Position numbers and translations under genes: made by a program. This document shows positions 27,735-33,430 of a DNA stretch of 33,430 bases, one piece after another (position 1 is the stretch's first letter; every line of letters begins with the position of its first letter). The notes below the pieces were generated by a model. It was not told the DNA's origin. It made no database searches and worked only from the letters and a program-made list of their open reading frames with translations. The stretch lies in the IMG/VR virus record IMGVR_UViG_3300049138_000113, positions 1 to 33,430 of that record; one strand, 5' to 3'. Origin of the DNA: a virus. Taxonomy: Duplodnaviria; Caudoviricetes.

Positions 27735-27847
27735 TGGCGGACGGCCTGTTCGCCCGCTGGTGGCCGCCGCCTCCCGAACTGCTTGACGACATCGACCCCG
27801 ACGAGCGGCCGGGCCGCGTTCCGGGTCTGTTCGACGAAACCAACTAG
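27734..27847 (+). CDS. Micro-ORF (37 aa, MADGLFARWWPPPPELLDD...)
   Basis: TGATG coupling to the endolysin; ends just before a terminator. Confidence 0.45.
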   Translation: MADGLFARWWPPPPELLDDIDPDERPGRVPGLFDETN

Positions 27848-27851
27848 ACGT

Positions 27852-27877
27852 CCCAGGGCCAAGGCCTTGGGCTTTTC
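27852..27877 (+). terminator. Rho-independent terminator
   Basis: CCCAGGGC-caag-GCCTTGGG followed by CTTTT. Confidence 0.6.
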
Positions 27878-27904
27878 CATGTCCCCCGAGCACTGGAGCA
27901 ATCC

Positions 27905-28468
27905 GTGTTGAAGAAGATCTGTACGTCCGTCGTAGCCGCTGTCGCGGTCGTCCTCACCCTCGGCGCGGGCGGCGCCTCGGCCTCCCCGGCGGCCGCCGCC
28001 GAGATCGCCACTCTGGACATCACGGCAATCAACTACAACTCGTACGGCGCGGACACCGTGACGAACAACACCGAGTACGTCGAGGTCAAGGCCAGCGCCG
28101 CCGTCAACGTAGCCAACCTGCTCGTGCAGGACGCGTGGGCCAAGGGGCGCGACAAGACCTGGGGCTGCAATACGTTCCGGCTCGCCGCCGGCGCCCTCCC
28201 CGTCGAGACCGGCGCGACCGTAGACGAGCTCCCCGCAGGTGCCGTGCTACGCCTCCACATGGGCAAGGGCACCGCGGCCATCGACCGGTCGGGCGTCCGG
28301 CACGTCTACCGCTCCATGCCGGCCGTCTGCGGCTACAACAGCAACGTCCTCAACAACAGCGGGCCCAAGGGCAACAGGTTCGCCGACTGGGACCGCGTCT
28401 GGATCACCCTCGGCAGCGAGGTCGAGTCGAAGGGCTACAACTTCTCCTTCGGCTACGTCGCCAAGTAG
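27905..28468 (+). CDS. Secreted lamin-tail-domain (LTD)-like protein
   Basis: Sec signal (MLKK, hydrophobic core, ASA); ITAINYNSYGAD..N.EYVEV, V.VANL.VQD, LPAGAVLRLHMGKG, VLNN..D..TL. Confidence 0.65.
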   Translation: MLKKICTSVVAAVAVVLTLGAGGASASPAAAAEIATLDITAINYNSYGADTVTNNTEYVEVKASAAVNVANLLVQDAWAKGRDKTWGCNTFRLAAGALPVETGATVDELPAGAVLRLHMGKGTAAIDRSGVRHVYRSMPAVCGYNSNVLNNSGPKGNRFADWDRVWITLGSEVESKGYNFSFGYVAK

Positions 28469-28474
28469 TCCCCC

Positions 28475-28501
28475 GCCCCGGCCAGGCTCGGCCGGGGCTT
28501 C
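28475..28501 (+). terminator. Stem-loop after the LTD gene
   Basis: GCCCCGGCC-aggctc-GGCCGGGGC-ttc. Confidence 0.5.
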
Positions 28502-28525
28502 GGCATCCCCCACGGGAGGTTGACC

Positions 28526-28810
28526 ATGTACGACCTGTTCCTGTCCTGGGTGCGCACCGCCGTACCCGCCGCCATCGGCTCCTTCATCGCCTGGCTCGCC
28601 GTCAAGGGCATCGTCCTCGACCCGGCCGAGGCCACCGGCCTGATCCTGGCCGTGGGCGGCGCCTGCGTCACCCTCTACCAGGTGGCCGTGTCCACGCTGC
28701 AGCGCAAGTGGCCGATCGTCGGCGTCCTGCTGGGTAGCACCAAGATGCCGTCCTACGCGGAGCACGCCCACCCGGGTGTCCACTCCGATCGTGACCTGCG
28801 CGGCCTGTAA
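28526..28810 (+). CDS. Holin-like membrane protein
   Basis: RBS GGAGG; VRTAVP..IG..IAWL, LYQ....LQRKWP.VG.LLG motif; 2 TM. Confidence 0.7.
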   Translation: MYDLFLSWVRTAVPAAIGSFIAWLAVKGIVLDPAEATGLILAVGGACVTLYQVAVSTLQRKWPIVGVLLGSTKMPSYAEHAHPGVHSDRDLRGL

Positions 28811-28811
28811 C

Positions 28812-28872
28812 CACGCGCGAAACAGCCCCCGTCGCCACCATCACGGTGGGGGCGGGGGCCGTCTTTCGCGTG
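28812..28872. terminator. Bidirectional terminator at the phage/tra convergence
   Basis: Long imperfect stem: CGCGAAA..GCCCCCGTCGCCACC-atcac-GGTGGGGGCGGGGGC..TTTCGCG. Confidence 0.75.
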
Positions 28873-28880
28873 CCCGAAGG

Positions 28881-29570
28881 TCAGCCGGCCAGGCTCACCT
28901 TTACCCCGCTGGAGAACAGGCTGTCGTGCAGCTCGATCGTCTCCGGCTTCACGCTCTTCGGCACGTCGAACAGGACAACGCCCTCCACCTTGTTGCCCGG
29001 GTTGATCTTCTCGTACAAGGATTTGGAATCTTCCAGGTAGATGGAGGCGCCCGTGTCCGCGTCGAACTCCTTGCCGCCCGCGTACAGCTTCTGGGCGGTG
29101 CTGGTGAAGGCTTGGGCCTCGTCTCCGATGTTCTCCACGGTGACGTGCACGAGCAGGAAAACGCCCTGAGCCTCGGTGCCGATGACGTCGCTGCCGACGC
29201 GCGGCCGCTTCTCCAACTTGGTCACGGTGAAGGCGAACTTGCCGTCCTTGACGGTGGCGCCGATCCCCGCGGTCTTCGCCACCCGCTCCTTCGTCGTCTT
29301 CTTCGCATTGCCGCCGGCGTCGGACTGGTCGGGCTCGGCCACTGCGCGGGTGGTCGGCTCACCTCCGCCGTTGCCGAGTGCGGCGATCACGACCGCGCAC
29401 CCGCCGAACAGGACGAGCATCACGACGCCGATGACGACGAGGATGAGCGGCGCGCTGCTCTTCTTCCTGTACGGGGGCGGGCCATACCCGGGCGGCGGCC
29501 CGTACCCCTGCTGGGGCGGATGCTGCGGCGGCTGGTATCCATGCGGATCTTGCCCATATGGCTGCGACAT
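28881..29570 (-). CDS. DUF4352 domain membrane protein (Mpr-like)
   Basis: ATG 29570 with GGAG; Pro/Gln/Gly-rich N-terminus, TM, IGATVKDGKFAFTVT, AQGVFLLVHVTVENIG, INPGN.VEGVVLFDVP, IELHDS.FS.G. Confidence 0.85.
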   Translation of the reverse strand: MSQPYGQDPHGYQPPQHPPQQGYGPPPGYGPPPYRKKSSAPLILVVIGVVMLVLFGGCAVVIAALGNGGGEPTTRAVAEPDQSDAGGNAKKTTKERVAKTAGIGATVKDGKFAFTVTKLEKRPRVGSDVIGTEAQGVFLLVHVTVENIGDEAQAFTSTAQKLYAGGKEFDADTGASIYLEDSKSLYEKINPGNKVEGVVLFDVPKSVKPETIELHDSLFSSGVKVSLAG

Positions 29571-29727
29571 CGGGTCTCCGATCGACTGGGGGAGAACGGG
29601 TGAGGGTTGGGACGTTCCAAACGCTGCTGTGGTTGGCGTCGTGTCCGGATCGGCATGTCCCAATCCGGTCACGTACCGTGGTGGGGTGGCGCCCGGCCGT
29701 GGGGAAGCGTCCGGGCGCCGCCGCACG

Positions 29728-29898
29728 CTACTCGTCGTCCTCGTCGGCACTGCGGTCGACGCCGACGCGCCCGACGGCCTTGCCGTCACTGTCGTACGCG
29801 GTCACCCCGCGGACCGTGATCGGCCCGCTGGTGTTGTGCACGACGCGCGCGTTCTGCCGGATCCTGATCCTGGGCCGCTTGGGCTGGTCCTTCGTCAT
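29728..29898 (-). CDS. Small hypothetical protein (56 aa, basic N-terminus, acidic C-terminus)
   Basis: RBS AAGGAG before ATG 29898. Confidence 0.6.
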   Translation of the reverse strand: MTKDQPKRPRIRIRQNARVVHNTSGPITVRGVTAYDSDGKAVGRVGVDRSADEDDE

Positions 29899-29983
29899 GC
29901 TGATCTCCTTCGGTTGTTGTGGTGGTGTGCGGCTTGCGGCTGCGCGTGGGATCCGCGACCGCACCTCTTTTTGATCTTGTGCG

Positions 29984-30091
29984 GGTGTCGGCAAGGTGTC
30001 GCGACGGGTGTCGCCAGCCTGTCGCGACAGGTGTCGCAAGCCTCCGACCTGTAACTCCCTCACGAAACCCCCGGGCCCCTGTCGCGACACC
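29984..30091. repeat. Candidate clt (cis-acting locus of transfer): phased 8-bp repeats GGTGTCGC/CCTGTCGC
   Basis: Copies at 29984, 29995, 30007, 30018, 30030 (11/12-bp period), plus 30078 and an inverted copy at 30084; directly downstream of traB. Confidence 0.7.
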
Positions 30092-32065
30092 TCACACCCC
30101 TGCGGGCTCGCCGAGCAGCACGTCCGCGCGGACGATCCGGTAGCAGCGCTTCTCGTCGTCCCGCTCGATCACGCCGTCCTCGGCGAGCAGCGCCAGCTGG
30201 TCGTTGAGCCAGCCGCGCGAGCTGAAGCCCGTCCTGGCCTTCACCTCCTTCAGGTCTCGCACGGCGAACTCTTGGCGCTCCTCGCGCGCCCACACGGCGA
30301 GCTGGGCGAGCAGCACGCCGCGCGCCTCCCCCGCAGGCATCCGCGGGCCCGGCCGGGCCGGGAACTTGGTGTTGTCGACAGGTTCGATCGGGTCGTCGAT
30401 CCCCGCCTTCAGCTCCGGCGACGGATCCTCCGTGGACACCTTGGCCGCCACGCCCCCCTCCTCCTGGCCGCCGCCGAGCCCGGCCGCCACGGCGGGCCCA
30501 TAGTTCGCCGCGATGATTGCGGTGAACTCGTCGACCTCCTTCGCCGCGGCCGGCCAGGCGTCGGCGTGCGCCCGCATCCGCGCGCTGGCCTCCTGGTCGT
30601 CCTCGCCCCAGTCCCACGAGCGGAGCGCCATCGCGATGCGCTCTTCGGGGATGCTGGGGGCGTCGAGGTAGGCCATTCCGGGCTGCTTCTGCGCCCACAT
30701 CTCGGGCCGGGCGCCCGCGTCCCGCTGAGCAGGCGACAGGCCAAACTTCGCGTCCGAGGCGGACTCGACACCGAGGCACATCTTGGCCAGCTGGCCGCGC
30801 GCGATCGTCGGCATCTGCGTGTAGTCCGACCGCTGCAGGCTGAGCACCACGGTGCCGCCCGCCGACCGGATGGCCTTGAGCATGCTGAGGAACTCTTCCT
30901 GCTCCTTCTCTGGCAGCGCGTCGAAGATGTCGGGGAACTCCTCCAGCCACACGATCCAGTAGGTGAGGCCACACCCGGGCATCCACTTCTGGTAGCCGTG
31001 CGCGGCCAGCCACGCCGTCCGCTGAGGGAGCTGGGCTTGGATGTCGCGCAGCATGGCCCGCGCCTTCTCTGCCGTGTATGCCACGCGGTGCAGGCCCTTC
31101 TCCAGCGGGCCGAGCGTCTGGTCGGCCTTGGTGATGTCGGCAGCGAAGATCGCGGCGTCGAAACGGGTCATGATCTCGGCGAGGATGTTCCAGCAGGCGC
31201 CGATGCTCTTGCCGGATCCGGACATGCCCATGATCTGCAGGTGGAAGCTGAACAGCAGCAGCTCGACGATGTCGAGGTCCTGCCACAGGCCCAGCCGGAG
31301 CGGCTCACCGATCGACCCGCCCGGCCTGGACGGTCCGGGCCACGGGATCCGGTTCTTCAGCACGCGCGGGTCCGAGATGGTGACCTTGGTCTTGGAGGCG
31401 TCGTCAGGGTCGAGCGCCACCGTGATCGAGCCGGGCGGCAGGCCGGGGATGCCGGATTCGATGTACGGGACCTTCTTCTGCAGGTCCTCCGCGATGCCCT
31501 TGCCAGGGTCGAGCTGCACCGACCCCTCGACCTTGTGCTCGCCTGTCTTCGTCGTGGTCGCGTCGGCGGTGATCCCGGCCCGAGCTGCCCCGGCGCCGAA
31601 CAGCGCCTTCAGCGGGTCGGCCACCAGCTGGTCGCCGTCGACGCCCTTGCGCCGGAGGGCGGCCCGGATGTTGAAGGAGAAGATGACGGTCAGGCCGCCG
31701 ATGAGGGCGAGCCGTCCCGGCCAGGTGGCGGCCGGCGAGTTGATGGTGGCCGCGACCATCCACATGCCGGCCGACAGGGTGGTGGCGGTGGTGTGCACCC
31801 TGCCCCACATGCTGCGCGCGTGTGACTGAAACCAGGTGACGACGGTGAGCGCGATCACGCACACGGTCATCAGCACCATCGTCCACGCGATCGTCTGCGG
31901 ATCATCGGAGCGCAACGTGACGTGCAGCACCCAGCCGAGCCCGTACAGGAGTGGGCCGACGATCCACGGCGGCGCGTACACCATCGCCTTGGACACCTCG
32001 CGGGCGGCCACCTTCTCCAGCGAGGACTCGTGCACCTCGCCCTCGACGATCGTCTTGCGCGCCAT
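30092..32065 (-). CDS. traB: Conjugative DNA translocase TraB (FtsK/SpoIIIE family)
   Basis: N-terminal TM helices; HLQIMGMSGSGKS Walker A; IVWLEE Walker B; RSAG..VVLSLQR; PE.W..KQPGMAYL; C-terminal winged helix; ATG 32065 coupled to the upstream stop. Confidence 0.88.
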   Translation of the reverse strand: MARKTIVEGEVHESSLEKVAAREVSKAMVYAPPWIVGPLLYGLGWVLHVTLRSDDPQTIAWTMVLMTVCVIALTVVTWFQSHARSMWGRVHTTATTLSAGMWMVAATINSPAATWPGRLALIGGLTVIFSFNIRAALRRKGVDGDQLVADPLKALFGAGAARAGITADATTTKTGEHKVEGSVQLDPGKGIAEDLQKKVPYIESGIPGLPPGSITVALDPDDASKTKVTISDPRVLKNRIPWPGPSRPGGSIGEPLRLGLWQDLDIVELLLFSFHLQIMGMSGSGKSIGACWNILAEIMTRFDAAIFAADITKADQTLGPLEKGLHRVAYTAEKARAMLRDIQAQLPQRTAWLAAHGYQKWMPGCGLTYWIVWLEEFPDIFDALPEKEQEEFLSMLKAIRSAGGTVVLSLQRSDYTQMPTIARGQLAKMCLGVESASDAKFGLSPAQRDAGARPEMWAQKQPGMAYLDAPSIPEERIAMALRSWDWGEDDQEASARMRAHADAWPAAAKEVDEFTAIIAANYGPAVAAGLGGGQEEGGVAAKVSTEDPSPELKAGIDDPIEPVDNTKFPARPGPRMPAGEARGVLLAQLAVWAREERQEFAVRDLKEVKARTGFSSRGWLNDQLALLAEDGVIERDDEKRCYRIVRADVLLGEPAGV

Positions 32066-32418
32066 CACCACGTCCACTTTCGGACGCGCTTCTTCTCCGG
32101 CGCGACCAGCTCGGCGAACTGCTTCTTGTACTCCTGATTCAGCAGGACGGACTCGACGGCCACCCAGGACGCCATCTCCGCCATCCGCTCCAGCCGCTTG
32201 GCCACCTTCTTGGCCCGGTGCTTGACGTCGATGCCGAAGGCGAGCGGATGCCCCGAGCCGATCTCCTTCAGCAGGCCGTACAGGTCGTCCGCGGCTGCCT
32301 CGTACTCCTGCGACAGGGCGCGGTTGTGGTCGCGGGAAGTGAGCGCGTACGCGGCCACGGACTCGCTGCCGTCGAACTCGATCACGTCCAAGCCGCCGGG
32401 CGACTTCTTGACGGCCAT
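32065..32418 (-). CDS. traA: Plasmid transfer protein TraA-like
   Basis: Immediately upstream of traB; LYGLL...RAKKVAKRLERMA...Y..QF.E...W pattern resembling Streptomyces plasmid TraA. Confidence 0.6.
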   Translation of the reverse strand: MAVKKSPGGLDVIEFDGSESVAAYALTSRDHNRALSQEYEAAADDLYGLLKEIGSGHPLAFGIDVKHRAKKVAKRLERMAEMASWVAVESVLLNQEYKKQFAELVAPEKKRVRKWTW

Positions 32419-32651
32419 CACGCCTCCCACATCTCGGCCAGGGCCGCCCGCACCCGCCGGGACACCACGGCGATGCGGGGGACGCCGAGCATGGCGGTGA
32501 CGATCGCATCGGCGGCGCCGGCGGCCTGCACGATGACGTGCCCGGTCCAGGCGAACGCGTGCACGACGCGGGCGGCCGCCAGGTACACCGCGTCCCGGAT
32601 GGCTCGACGGCGCGCGCCCGGGGCAGTAGTCACGACGTACACGGTCCTCAC
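32418..32651 (-). CDS. Small hypothetical protein of the tra operon (77 aa)
   Basis: GTGA and TGATG couplings. Confidence 0.6.
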   Translation of the reverse strand: MRTVYVVTTAPGARRRAIRDAVYLAAARVVHAFAWTGHVIVQAAGAADAIVTAMLGVPRIAVVSRRVRAALAEMWEA

Positions 32652-33430
32652 CGGAGCACCTCGGCGAGGTCGTCGAGCCCGCCCTGCCGGTGCCCGTTCA
32701 ACCGGGTCTCTCCGCGGTACGGTTCCGGCTCGCCGGCCTCGGCGGGCGGCTCCTCGGCGGGCTCGCCGCCGGAGCGGTCGCGGTCGACTTCGTCCCGGAT
32801 GCTGTCAGCTTCCCGCTCGCTGATCCCCCACCGGTTCGCCAGGGCTCGACGGCCGGCCTTCCGGCGGCCGTCCTGGAGGCTGTCCTCGTAGTCCCACGCC
32901 GCGGCCTCGTACCGGTCCTTCGGCAGCGTCCGCTCGACGCGTACCACTTCGACCGACACCTCCCGGTCGCGGTACACGATCTTCTCGACAGGCTCGACGG
33001 GCTCCGGCTCGACGTGGTCCTGGCCGGAGCGGACGAGCCACATCAGCAGCTCGTAGGCGCCGACGAACGCGACCGGCGCGAGGGCGCTGAGCAGGCGTGA
33101 TCCGAGGCCGCCGTCCCAGCCCTGGGCGACGTTCGCGGCCAGGGTGACCGCGCCGCCGAGGGCGAGCGCAACCCAGGCGAGGACCGGTACGGGCAGGCCG
33201 CGGCGCGAGCAGTACACCATCACCAGGGAGGCCATGACGATCACCCCGTCGGACATGGCCGGGTACAGGATCGCCATGTCGTGCCGCTCGCCCAGGTCGA
33301 TGGCGAGCGCGTAGAAGTGGTGGTACGACACGTACGCGGCGGCGGCCGCGACGGCGAGGAGGACGACGACGGCGACGCCTCGGATGACCCCGCCTCCCGG
33401 GTGCGGCGCGGGGACGGTGCGCGGCTTGGG
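32648..33430 (-). CDS. DUF2637 / Spd-like membrane protein (5' partial)
   Basis: Frame open to the window edge; AAYVSY.H...LA...GE, P...DG, TLAANVA, ALAPVAFVGAYELL; C-terminal HTH-like GRRALANRWGI. Confidence 0.75.
   Translation of the reverse strand, partial: PKPRTVPAPHPGGGVIRGVAVVVLLAVAAAAAYVSYHHFYALAIDLGERHDMAILYPAMSDGVIVMASLVMVYCSRRGLPVPVLAWVALALGGAVTLAANVAQGWDGGLGSRLLSALAPVAFVGAYELLMWLVRSGQDHVEPEPVEPVEKIVYRDREVSVEVVRVERTLPKDRYEAAAWDYEDSLQDGRRKAGRRALANRWGISEREADSIRDEVDRDRSGGEPAEEPPAEAGEPEPYRGETRLNGHRQGGLDDLAEVLR

Larger units (their letters stand above)
1..28872 (+). mobile_element. Siphovirus-type prophage or phage-plasmid (replication, packaging, morphogenesis, lysis)
   Basis: Complete syntenic virion gene set with no visible disruption. 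Confidence 0.9.
29728..33430 (-). mobile_element. Actinomycete TraB-type conjugative transfer module
   Basis: spd-like, traA-like, traB and clt-like repeats. Confidence 0.8.

Noticed and set aside
29984-30091. Repeats as a mini-CRISPR
   Set aside because: 8-bp units with 3-4 bp spacers and no cas genes; fits clt better
32066-32509. N-terminal extension of TraB (805-aa call)
   Set aside because: Overlaps the traA-like gene; ATG 32065 is coupled to the upstream stop
1-33430. Integrase, att site, repressor, tRNA, reverse transcriptase (DGR/retron)
   Set aside because: None recognisable in the window, so integrated versus plasmid state cannot be decided here

Overview
High-GC actinomycete DNA carrying most of a temperate siphovirus genome on the + strand, followed by a convergent - strand conjugative transfer module. 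+ strand order: primase-polymerase/helicase with an iteron-rich putative origin in its 3' end, small DNA-binding proteins, a late promoter, TerS and PBSX-type TerL, an SPP1/A118-type portal, a MuF/minor capsid protein, scaffold, major capsid, neck, tail with a -1 frameshift chaperone, tape measure, Dit/Tal, and lysis genes. The - strand block has a DUF4352 membrane protein and a Streptomyces-plasmid/AICE-type module (DUF2637/Spd-like, traA-like, traB FtsK translocase, phased 8-bp clt-like repeats), with no integrase or visible att junction between it and the phage genes. Highlights: (1) an apparent phage + TraB conjugation hybrid; (2) a MuF polymorphic toxin with a C-terminal HExxH metallopeptidase and an unannotated 51-aa candidate immunity gene; (3) an island after terL with a structured ~300-nt antisense leader RNA upstream of a 65-aa membrane peptide; (4) a perfect DnaA box inside the late promoter; (5) domain insertions or duplications in capsid and tail-tip proteins. 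All family assignments come from motif recognition and synteny, not database searches.
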